Assembly (NCBI RefSeq): GCF_000315625.1 | Contig: NW_005434632.1 | Span: 33,901-97,900, forward strand | Direction: 5' to 3' | DNA: 64,000 bases | Origin: Guillardia theta CCMP2712 | Taxonomy: Eukaryota > Protista > Cryptophyta | Part shown: positions 1-11,342 of the stretch, piece after piece | Numbering within the stretch: position 1 is the stretch's first letter | Layout: each line of letters begins with the position of its first letter | The notes under the pieces: generated by a model | What the model saw: the letters and a program-made list of their open reading frames with translations, nothing else | What the model was told of the DNA's origin: nothing | The model's database searches: none | Translations under genes and position numbers: made by a program

Positions 1-422
1 AAAGGGCAGCCGCCGACAAGGAGCCCGGGCGCTGCCCGGGGGTCCGCCAGGGGCAGCGGACGGAGGGAGGCTGGACACAGGAACACGGTACCGCTCGGAG
101 CGTCCGCTGCCCCAGGCGGATAATGGGATTTTACTCCGGGTATCGCGTCTAAGGGATTTTCTTCCTCCTGCATGCTCCTGCTGCTTGTTGCTTGATTGCC
201 TGACCCTTAGGCTGCTTGTCTGCGCGGCTTCGCGCTTGGGCTGGCGGTGCCGCGTCTGGGTGCCAGCAGTGCTGGTTCATTTCGGGCTTGTGTTTTGTGT
301 GTGATTGTGCAGCTTCTCGCTGTGGACTGTGTGCCAGGAGGTTTAGCTTGTTCCTGCTTCAATTGTTTTGCTTGAGGCGCTTTTTACCTTCTGCCAGTAA
401 ATCCTATACCTTACTTTAGGTA

Positions 423-1270
423 TTTTTTTTTTTTTTAAAAGGTATAGGATCGCCCTTCACCTTGCGGCCATGAGGATGGGAGGGTACCTGCCGTCGAGAA
501 CGAGGATCCCCCACTGTATCGATGACGCTCTGAAGACCAGCTTCGTTCAGCATCGACCGAATCGTACGAGTAAGGTTGTCATGCGCCGTGGGAAGCTTGA
601 GAGGATCGGCGTTTGCAGGTCTGGAGATGATGTGCAGCAACGGAGGGATCGAGCTCGCGCTGACATCCATCACATTCCGTCGGACACTGGCAGATCGGCA
701 TGCCGCAGTGCCGCCATGGAGATCACTTTTCAGCAGTCGAGCATCTGAGCATAGCGGTGCGGGAAGGCCTTGAGGGGTAGTAGCTCGAGACTCGCATCGG
801 AGAGTGGCTCAGGTCTCGCTCAGGAAAATCAGCAAAGATGGTAGACTGCAAGACCCTATCCTGCGACTTGAGCGAGTATGTCCTGCGGCTGTGCACGTTC
901 TCATACGCCGGTCTCCTGGGTGGCATCACCGGCCGAGACACCGTGACCCTACTGATGATTCACAAGCGATCGGACACGGATCGGACTCGGTGGCAACGTC
1001 CGAGACACCCTCCCTCAATCGGATCATAATGATAGAAGATAGAGGATGTGCCACAAAAAAAAACTCGGCCGACCCACACTGAGCCCACTGACTCGCGGCG
1101 GCCGAGCCGGCCCGGCCCGTCGCGGCGGCACGGTAGTAACCTCCGACATAAATGCAGAAAGGCTTGAAGCATGAAAAGGTAGCACCTTCGTCAGCAAATC
1201 GCCAGGGTGATAAGACGTATGAATCTTCTCCGGGAAGAGCTCATCCTTCTCCACCAGAGTCCACAGCAAT
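423..1270 (-). mobile_element. Degenerate non-LTR retrotransposon fragment (RLE/CRE-like clade) with A-tail
   Basis: Minus-strand translation around 560-710 gives CGMPICQCPTECDGCQRELDPSVAAHHLQTC and, after a frameshift, AHDNLTRTIRSML. This matches the CCHC knuckle + RHD-like motif of RLE-type LINEs. T14 at 423-436 is a minus-strand poly(A). Stops and frameshifts are present. Confidence 0.5.
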
Positions 1271-1502
1271 CATGGCCCGGTACGGTAGGCAACACGGTCA
1301 CCGTGGCTCAGTGAGTGGTGTCGGATGTCGACTGTATCGAGCACACTCGGCACTGCGGCATTGACCAGTCGATTCCGGGCCCGGGCCACCGTGACTGCGT
1401 CGGTGAGAGTTTGTAGAAGATCGCGCTAGCTGAGCAATCGGTCCCGAGACCGTGACGGTTCCTAGGATCGGTCAGCAACCGGACCCGCCCCAGAGCTGAG
1501 TC

Positions 1503-1540
1503 CAACGGAAAATAACGGACGATAAACGGCCAGGCCGTTG
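1503..1540. promoter_or_regulatory. Cluster of four AACGG/CCGTT (MYB/MSA-like) motifs
   Basis: caacgg 1503, taacgg 1513, aaacgg 1524, ccgttg 1535. Similar clusters lie at 35076-35110, 52051-52165 and 60294-60334, each upstream of a gene start. Confidence 0.4.
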
Positions 1541-2176
1541 CCGAGATGCAAGCATTGAAGGAAGCGCGAGGAAGGGAGAAGAAGGGAGAAGAGCAGAAGA
1601 CGCTGTCTACAGGGCAAGGAAGAGAGTCAGGCTCTTAGATAGGAGAGCATGCCCGAGAGCAAGGAATGCGAACAGCTTGACAATAAGGAAGGATAGCATG
1701 ACACGTGAAAGAGGTGTGGAAGGGTTGGATAAGATGGTAAGGTTGTGAGACCGGATGGTTCTGAGTGTTTGGACGGGTAGGAAGAATGACGAGATGTGAT
1801 GAGGGCACCCAATGAGTCGAGATGACTGAAGGTAAAATACGGAAGGATGGGTAGGATGGGTGAAGTCAAGACTGGAAAACAACGGATAGCACCCATGTTG
1901 CGCTGCTCCTGATTCATCCCCAGCCTCCACATCTTCTCTTCTTGTCGAGGCTTGACAATGCTAGGACTTCTCTGCGCCTGAGTCTGTAGGCTCTAATGGA
2001 TTACTAGAGCATGCTAGCTCCAACATCAGATGTTGCCATGCCTTACCTGACCGTGACTTGATGATCGCTGACTCTTCGACCTCCTTGACCTGTTCTCGCA
2101 CAGAAGCAGAGGAAGAGGATGATGCAGCTCGGCTGCTGTGAGAGAAGTCCGACGTGGCCATGACCAGCACGAGGGG

Positions 2177-3587
2177 ATGACGGCGGAAACGAACATGAAG
2201 GAGGCAAAAGGAAGGGCCTCCTCCTCAAGATCCAAGAGCCAGCGTGAGAGCTCGCGACAGCAGACGGGGCAGGCAGTGCAAGAGAGGAAGGAGAGCGGAA
2301 GGCACAGCAAGGCTGTGATGTTCTCCCTCTCTCCTCGCACGCTCGATCAGACGGTCAAGGGAGCGCCTGCGGTGTTCAAATGCGCGCAGGAAGTGGATCT
2401 GGGGCGCTACGACCGAGGGAAGCTGGGCATGTCGGTGCCGGGGGGTTGGGATCAAGACCCCAAGCACAGGACGAGGACAGAGCTGCTGGAGGCCCGCAGG
2501 AAGTCCAAGATCCCTGACCCGACGTTCGACCTGGATGGCGATGGCATCGTGTCTCGTGAAGAGTACATCCTCTCAGTCAAGTACGATAAAGACCGTGACG
2601 GTAAACTGTGTACACCTGAACGAGATGCGGCGCTACGGTAAGGAGAAGCAGTAGCCTGCAGAGCATAGGAAGGTGTTGTGAGTCGGGATTGAGATAGCGA
2701 GCGGGGGCTGGGAGGAAGGGAGCGGGGAGTGAGAACACGAAGAGAGTGAGGTGACGAAGCACAAGGGAGGTGAGATGTAGAAGGGGAGGGAAGGTGGCGT
2801 CGGCGGTGTAGGATCGGTTGAATGGAAGAGGAGGAGGAGAAGTAGCTAGCAGGACATCTTATGATGGCGCAGGGCACTGAAAGACAATCATCCTCTCACC
2901 AAGTTCACGAGTACAAGACCCAAAACTGTTCCAGTGAAACCTGATGGCGAGGTTTTTATCTCCATCTCCATCTCCATCTCCATCTCCGTCCATCTGTCCA
3001 TCTGCCCCCTCCACGTCTTTGCCTCTCCTCATTTCCCCTGCTTTATTCCTTCTTTTCTCACTGGGCAAATGGATGAGGCTGCGGGGCAGGGGCAGCCGGA
3101 GCGACCGAAGACGAGGACGGAGTTGATGCAGAAGCGCAAGGAGGAGAATCTGCATCACAATCAGAGAGGGTGAGCGAGGAGCGAAGACTTGCAGCAGCTA
3201 AATGGTTGCAGGTATGAGCAATACGAAGACGCCGTCTCAAAGGTCCGATCGAGTTTGATCCTCGCGATATGCTTTTCGTTGTGGTCAAACTTGGCGTCTT
3301 CTTCCTCCTTATTCTCGTCATTGTCCTGATCTCTCACGATAGCTCGTGCCTCTGTGGAAGAGCTCTGAGGAGTACAAGAAGTGTCAGGTACACAGCATGA
3401 TGGAGATTGGGATTGAGACGATGACAATGATGGCACTCACGACAAGGCTGATGATATTTATGGTGGTGGTGGTGATGATTTTGATGATGATATTCATGTT
3501 GTTGCTGTTGGTGGTTGTGGAAGTGATGATGATGGAGATGTCAATGATGACGATGGAGATGGTGATGATGATGATGACGACGACGAC

Positions 3588-3620
<33 letters not shown>

Positions 3621-4900
3621 ATGATGATGATGGTAATGATGATGATGATGATGATTTGGACCATCGTGAAAGAGATTACAAAGGGAGGCTCTGAATGTCT
3701 GGCTACAGGAAAAGTACGAGGAGACTAAACCGCCGAAGAAGACTCGGTTTCTTTTCACTTCCCTCTTCTTCCTTTTCTGTCTCTGTTTCTCTCTTCCTCT
3801 TGCTGCTGCTCTTCTTGGCTGCGGCGTGTGATTGTTATGCCTGCAGGTCGCATGAGATTGAAAAACTGAGACAAACTTCTAGGATACTTTGCGGTCTTCA
3901 CACTCCTATCGTCCTGCTACTCTCTCCCATCTTGTCCCCCCCCCCTCCTCTGTTCTCGTCTCGTCTCCTCACCTTCCGTTCCTTTGGCAGATCTCAATGC
4001 CACCACCACGTGCCTTAATCCTGATCGCAATGCTCTCGACCCCGTCGCGCACATCTCAGGACAAGTGGAGTATGAGGATCCCGCAAGCTTCACCTTCATG
4101 GGCTACAAGGAAGCGCCGAAGTTCAAGACGAGGAGCAGGTCCTCCTCTCCCTCCTCCTCCTCTCCTCTCCTCCTCCTCTCCTCTCCTCTCCTCTCCTCCT
4201 CTCTTCTCCTCCTCTCTTCTCCTCCTCTCTCCTCTCTCCTCCTCCCCTCCCTCATCTTCACGCTCCTTCCTCTCTTCGTTGACCTCCCTCAACTTCCTTC
4301 AGCCTGCAAGAGTTCCGCTCCAGCCGCCTGCTAAACGAGCTAGACAAGACGGTCAAGCAGACAGCGAAGAACTTCAAAAGCATGAGGAAGAGGTATCGCC
4401 TACACATCCTACCAGTCTCTCTCCTCCCTCCTCCTCTTGCTGCAGCTGGACTGTCTGTCCGTCACTCGTCCGCTTGCACGTGCTCAAGGTCAGGCAGGTT
4501 GGAGGACCGGGAGGACGCGCTCTTCCTCAAGGCACAGATCGCCCTCGCGGACCCGAACAATCGAGTTCGATCAGACCTCAAGCTCAACGCAAAGGAGAGC
4601 AACATGAGGCAACTCATGGGGTAAACACGCTCCCTCACTCTCCTTCCCCTCCTCCCCTTCCCCTCCCCCTCCTTCCCCTCCTCCCTTTCGCTTCCCCTCC
4701 TCCCCCTCCTCCCTTTCGCTTCCCCTCCTTCCCCTCCTCCCTTTCGCTTGCTCTTCTCCTCTCATTTTCTCTTGCATCTCATATTCTTGACTCGTCTTCT
4801 CATTTTCTTGTCTCTTTTAATTTTTTTTTCTGTTTGTAGCTCTGGGAGAAGGAGAAGGAGCCCCCAAACAATGCTGCTCGAGCCGCGACCCCTAACAGGT

Positions 4901-4941
<41 letters not shown>

Positions 4942-5855
4942 ATCCTCGTCCTCGTCCTCGTCCTCGTCCTCGATTCTCCTTACTTGTTTCTCGCAGTCGC
5001 ATACCGTTCTGGACCCTGAGAGCCGGGTATCAGGTTCTACTTCTCTTCCCTTGTCTTGTCTTGCCTTTCTGCTTTCTTGTTTTCTTGTCTTGTCTTGTCT
5101 TGTCTTGTCTTGTCTTGTCTTGTCTTGTCTTGTCTTGTCTTCCCTTGTCTTCCCTTCTCCTCTCCTCACAACCTTGCAGGAGGCTCCTCTGATTTCTTCA
5201 GCGCTGGAGCTCCGCGAGTCGAAGAAATGGTTCAAGAAAGTCCCCGAGCCCTTCTTCGTCTCCTCGCCTCCAGCTGGGACAGGCGAAGTCTTCGACCCCT
5301 ACAACAGGACGAGGACACGCGAGACGGCTGGGCGGGAGGGTCTCACGGACAAGGTCACCTCCTCCCCAGCTGTGGAGGTGGAGAGGACAGAGCAGACGTA
5401 TCGTCCTCGTCCTGCCGCCAAGTCAGAGATACGCAACCCAGACGGCGGGGGAGGAGGCGCCGCCCAACTACCTGACCGAGGAAGCCATTTCCTCCGCCCA
5501 CCAGCGGCTCATGGACGTTCCTCTCTACTCCTCCTTCGCGCCTGACTTCGTCTACCGCCCTCGTCCTCTCCCTCCCAGCCGGTCTCGTCATGCTAGCCGG
5601 CAGAGCTCCCCTGCCTTGCGCGCTCACCCTGAGGCCTTGGCGAGCCAGCAGGAGGAGGAGGCAAGCAGAGGGAGGGGAGCGCTACAGCCTCCTCCCAGGA
5701 TGCAGAGTATCCTTGTGTCGCCTAAGAGAGCTGGAGACGCTGCTGTGGCTGACCGACGAGGGTCTGTGGGGAGTTCGCGTCCTCGAGCCTCCCCTGCCTT
5801 CCGCTCTCTCCTCGATCGCGGTACTCAAATCCGAAGCAGCGGATTTGTGGGCTGA
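2177..5855 (+). CDS. Multi-exon EF-hand-containing protein, uncharacterised
   Basis: Paired EF-hand loops FDLDGDGIVSREE and YDKDRDGKLCTPE in ORF 2138-2641. GT-AG introns are filled with microsatellites. The last exon ends QIRSSGFVG* at 5855. The start is uncertain. Confidence 0.65.
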
Positions 5856-6021
5856 CCTAGAGAAGCCGCGGTGACACGTATGTGCGGGTAGAGGAGGAGG
5901 AGGAGGAGGAGGATGAGGATTAGTAGTACAAGTAGTAAGAGGAGGAGGAGGAGGCGGAGGCGCTTTTTGACTCTCAAACACAAACAGTAAAACTTATTGT
6001 ATCTCTCCCAGCCTTGCTTTC

Positions 6022-6884
6022 TCACCAGATGTCCACCTGGCGTTTAGCTGAGATATGCATGGGCGTGTCTTGAGGAATCATAAAGGCCGAGTGAAACTCC
6101 GGGATGTTTCTGCTCTCATTATCAACTCCCTGCTCCCCCCCCTCCTCCTTCGCTTCGCTTCCCTCCCTCCTCCCTTCGCCTCCAGCCCTCTCCTTTTCTT
6201 CCTTCAATCTCTACCTACACTCCCTTGTCTCTTCCTTCAATCTCTACCTACACTCCCTTGTCTCTTCCTTCAATCTCTACATACACTCCCTTGTCTCTTC
6301 CTTCAATCTCTACCTACACTCCCTTGTCTCTTCCTTCAATCTCTACCTACACTCCCTTGTCTCTTCCTTCAATCTCTACCTACACTCCCTTGTCTCTTCC
6401 TTCAATCTCTACCTACACTCCCTTGTCTCTTCCTTCAATCTCTATCTACACTCCCTTGTCTCTTCCTTCAATCTCTATCTACACTCCCTTGTCTCTTCCT
6501 TCAATCTCTACCTACACTCCCTTGTCTCTTCCTTCAATCTCTACCTACACTCCCTTGTCTCTTCCTTCAATCTCTATCTACACTCCCTTGTCTCTTCCTT
6601 CAATCTCTACCTACACTCCCTTGTCTCTTCCTTCAATCTCTATCTACACTCCCTTGCCTCTTCCTTCAATCTCTATCTACACTCCCTTGTCTCTTCCTTC
6701 AATCTCTATCTACACTCCCTTGTCTCTTCCTCATAACCCAAGTCTGCTTCTCTCCGCTTACCCGAGTGGTCCGTTGACACGAAACTCATTGGGTCCATGA
6801 GGATCTAGAGTAACAAGCTAGGAGCAAACCAATCAGGAACGATGATGATGATGATGGTGATGATGGTGGTGGTGGTGGTGGTGG

Positions 6885-6930
<46 letters not shown>

Positions 6931-9173
6931 GATGATGATGATGGTCATGATGATGACGGTGGTAACGATGATGATGATGATGATGATGTGCCATCACCTG
7001 GAGTTCTCTCTCCTTCTCGATGTTTTGTGCCCAGACTTTAGCCCAGGACAGGAAGAATCGCTGTCAAGAGTGTCAAACGTGCACGGACAGCTTGAGCTGC
7101 AGACCTGCTGGGCTGTGAGCCCTCCGACGCGAGTCTTGGGGTCTTGGGGAGTGAGGCCACGGGCTTTGAGGAGGGAACAAAGAGCCCTGCCAGCGTTTTA
7201 CAATCACGAAGAAACAAATGAACAAGAGCACAAAGACAAAAGGAATGTGAGTACGAGTATGAGTTCGACTCCAACGAGAAGGATGTGTTGGGAATAGAGT
7301 TGTTGTGGGCAGTATTGGTAAAAGCAGTAGAAGTAGAAGTGGGAGTACAAGTAGTAGTAGTGGTAGGAGGAGTAGTAGAAGCAATTGGAATAGGAGCAGT
7401 CAGAGCAAGAGGATGTGATGGTGGTATGCAGTCGACTTGCCGGTAAGCTAGCTTGAGCCCTCCGAGGTCTGCGATGTTCTCCCCGCACGTGAGCTTTCCC
7501 TTGAGCGGCTGACCGTGCACCTTGAAGGCTTCTGCTTGCTGCACCATCACCTCCACTCGCTTCTCGTACTCCTTCCCGTCCTCCTCGCTCCACCAATCCA
7601 CCATGTTGCCTGTATGGTCGTACTTCCTGCCCTGAGCCACGTGGTCAGCGGGAGGTGAGGCAGCAAGAATGGCGGTGAGGGGAGAAAAGGGCGAGAGAGC
7701 CTCGAGGAAAGGAGGAGAAGCCAAGAAGGTGGAGGGGTGGGGGCAAGAAAGGAGGCAAGGAGGGATCGGAAGGAGGTAGGGGAGGGGGGTACGATGGGAA
7801 GGAGGGAGGGGGGGTACGATGGGAAGGAGGTAGGGGGGTTACGATGGGAAGGAGGGAGGGGGGGTACGATGGGAAGGAGGGAGGGGGGTTACGATGGGAA
7901 GGAGGGAGGGGGGTTACGATGGGAAGGAGGGAGGGGTTGGATTGGACATATCAAGGAGGGAACCTGATCGTCGAACCCGTGGGTCATCTCATGTCCTACA
8001 ACAGCGCCCATGGCGCCGTAGTTGATCGCCTCGTCGACGTTGGGGCTGAAGAAGGGAGGCTGGAGGATGGCGGCAGGGAACACAATCTCGTTCATCGAGG
8101 GATGATAGTACGCGTTGATGGTTTGCGGTGTCATGTACCTGACCAGCCTCTTCACTTCACTGCCTCCACAACCCGCACCCCCCCCCCCCCTCTTCCTCCT
8201 CCTGCATCGTTATCCCCTGCACCCTTGCGCTTGCTGACCTCACGCTCTCACCATCGCGATCGGTCGGTCGGCGCATTGGTGTAGGAGAGCATGCGCTTGA
8301 AGTGAAACTCGTGGCCCTGCAGCACGTTCTCAAAGTGCTGGCCCCGCACCACCACGAGCGGCGAGTAGTCGATCCACTTGTCGGGGTAGCCGATCTTCAC
8401 TCCGAACTTGGACATCTTGAGTAACGCGCTCTTCCTCGTCTCCTCCGACATCCACGTCACTTCCGTCAGCCGCTCCCGCAGCGCCTCCCGCACTCGCTCC
8501 ACCACCTCCAGCGCCGTCTGCTTCGACTCCTCCTGGAAGTACTTGGCCACGTACAGCTGACCCAGAGCCTCCCCAAGCACGGACTCCAGCACGGCCATGG
8601 CTCGCTTCCACCTAGGCTTCTGCTCTTTAGTGCCCTTGAGCTTCTTCTCGAAGAACTCGAAATGCTCGTCGACGAAGACGCGCGGCAGGTCGAAGGCGGC
8701 GAAGCAGTGGAGCACGTGCCACTTGAAGTAGACGCTTAGCCTGCTCGCTCCTTCCTCCTTCACCAGCTGGCAGATCTTCACCACTGCCTCCAGCGTCGGC
8801 ACGTTGATCTCCCCCAGCTGATCCACTGGCTTGCCGATGAGCGCGAAGAACCTGTCCAGTCGGAGGCCTCCGCTCCCCCCGTCTTGGTCGATCCTCTTCT
8901 GTAGCTCCTCCACTGACATCTTGTTGTACGTCTTCTCCGGATCCCGGCGATCCGTTCGTGTCATGTGGAAGCCAGCGATCTTCTGCTCGATCTCCAAGAC
9001 AATCTTAGCAGCCTCCTCAGGGTTCACGGACGAGTCGTCGAGGAGAGAAAACATCTTGGTCACGTGCTCTTTGTACATGTCTCGCTTGTCCTGCTTGTCC
9101 TCGTCGAAGTAGTAGTCTCGATCAGGAAGTCCAAGCCCAGCCTGCAGATGCAAATCGTCAGCTCCTGCTGTTG

Positions 9174-9212
<39 letters not shown>

Positions 9213-9902
9213 ATTTCTCTCTCACCTGGTCAAGCTGTCCGATGCTCCACTCGCTGTTCTTCTTGTCTGGGCTCTCGTAGAAGGACAGAGGCGTCGAGTC
9301 AACTCCGGATAGGGTCAGCTTGGCGACAGCTGCGGTGATGTCTTCCTTCACTTTGTGCTCCGAGACAGCATCGAGGAGGGACTTAAGCGGCTCCGTCCCT
9401 CTCCTCTCGATCGCCTCCTCGTCCATACAGCTCGCCCAGAAGTCAGCGACTTTCTTCTCCGTTCCCACACAGCCTTCCTTGGTCTCGAGCTCGTTCACCA
9501 TCTCCTTCAGCCGCTGCTGGTTCCTCTCATGCAAGATCGTGAAGCAGTTCCAGCTTGGGTACTGCACAGGAGGTCACAACCCCTTCAACTGTTCTATGCT
9601 CCTCCATCGGTGTAATTATCCTCAGCAACTCCCCCCCCCCACCCCCAACCCTTCCCTCCTTCCCTTTCCTTGCTCCGCGTTACCTCAGGAGGAATCGGGT
9701 TGTTCTTTCTCCAGCCTCCGATGGCGAAGTTGTAGAAATTCTCATGGGGCGGAACGAACTCATCGAAGTCGGAGGCGTCGATACCTTCCGTAGTCTGCTT
9801 GCTATCAATGCAGGGGCCGCACGCGATTGCGAAGGAGCCCTCGATCCCCGACCAGGGGTTGTTGCAGCAGGGACACTTGGTGAAAGTTCCAGGCCTCTCC
9901 AT
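6022..9902 (-). CDS. M13 family zinc metalloendopeptidase (PepO/neprilysin-like), about 9 exons
   Basis: Motifs [60 protein letters not shown] and terminal VDIW* (stop 6022-6024). Confidence 0.92.
6197..6731. repeat. 33-bp minisatellite, about 16 copies, in the last intron of the M13 gene
   Basis: Unit tcttccttcaatctctacctacactcccttgtc repeated head-to-tail with a C/T variant and no spacers. Confidence 0.95.
7790..7935. repeat. About 24-29-bp G-rich tandem repeat in an M13 intron
   Basis: acgatgggaaggagggaggggggt-like unit, about 6 copies. Confidence 0.85.
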
Positions 9903-11342
9903 CCTCAGCCGCGCCTGAGTCGCACAACCCTCATATCAACGAGGCCTCGAGAGGAGCCGCCATCTCACACGTCACGCATGTTCGAAAAAACAAAGACATG
10001 ACAGGAAGGCAGAGACAACGAGGGGACAAGAAGGAGAGAACAAGGAGGAGAGACAGAAGGAGAGGACAAGAAGGAGAGGACAAGAAGGAGAGGACAACAT
10101 CGAAAGCAACCCCACAGGAATGTTTCGCATGGGATTGGATGGGAGGGTCACCTGAGGAGCTGGAGTAGGGAAGTTTGAGCTGACAGGCACAACAAACAAC
10201 AAGAGGACTAGGGAAACAAGAGAGCCAAACTGATGCGACATGCCAAGAGAGCACATCTGCACATCAGACGAACCTGTTGAACACGACATGTCAGAAGCTA
10301 CACAAGCTAAGGGCAAGTAAGAGAGATCAAACCAATGCCAACGTGCTCATCTTAATCTCTACACCGAATATGTTTTGCTTTCGTTTGTCACTCACTTTGA
10401 CAAGTAGGAACCTTCTCAATCAGCCCTTTCGCTGTCTGTTTCTACTCTCTTAAGTTACGTTTCCTCTCCCTGCGGTTTCAACCTCGATGGACTCTGTTCT
10501 CCCCTCCCCTCTCTCCTATCCTCGGCTTACTGATCTGTTCTGATCTGTTCTGATCTGTTCTGATCTGTTCTGATCTGATCTGTTCTCATCTGTTCCCTCC
10601 CTCCCTCCCTCTCTTGCTCCCCTTTGCCTCGCTGCATGTTGCTTGCTCTATTGATTGCGTCATTGTCGATGCCCACCCACCCATACTGTTCTCTTTCCTC
10701 CCCCGCTACCCCCTAGACTACCACCCCCTCTAAATCCTCATCATCACCCACCTATTTGTAAGCGACTCATAGACCCTGCATTGATCACCCACCCCCACTT
10801 CCTGCAGAAATCCTCTTCGTTTCCCCACCCCTACCTATGCATTACCTGCTTCTTCGCACCACCCCTATAGTTTATATCGGGTGCAATGTTCAAGTTCATG
10901 GCTGCGCTGAACAGCGAAAAGTCGCCAAGCAGCTACAACAGGTCAGAGTGGTGAAGAGGAAGAGGAAGAGGGAGAGGGAGAGGGAGAGGGAGAGGGAGAG
11001 GGAGAGGGAGAGGGAGAGGGAGAGGGAGAGGGAGAGGAAGAGGGAGAGGAAGCTGCTGCTTGTTGCTGCTCGTCCGAGGAAACTTTCGGGGAAGGAATTG
11101 AGCAGCGCGGAGAGATGGGAGGGAATCGTGTGCGTATTCTTATCTCAAACGCTTGGCAGCATGATCAAGGCGGCTTGTTCAGCTGATCCCGGCACGTCTC
11201 AACCCGGCGACCCCGAGCTCTGGTGCAGAGACGCTTGAAGAAAGTGGAAGAGAAACAGAAAAAGCTTTAACCTCCTCATAACCTCAGCAGTATACGTCCT
11301 CCCCTCCTCTTATGTACACCCCAACTATCCTCCGAGCTACTC

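Noticed and set aside
3346-3758. Met/Ile/Val-rich ORFs and similar Ser, Gly-Ala or Arg-Ser ORFs at 6842, 44122, 44532, 48141 and 59559
   Set aside because: Translations of intronic or intergenic microsatellites.
6197-6731. 33-bp repeats as a CRISPR array or as repeat-protein ORFs (6055-6777 etc.)
   Set aside because: Head-to-tail with no spacers, no cas genes, and located in an intron on the opposite strand. The frames are open only because the unit lacks stops.
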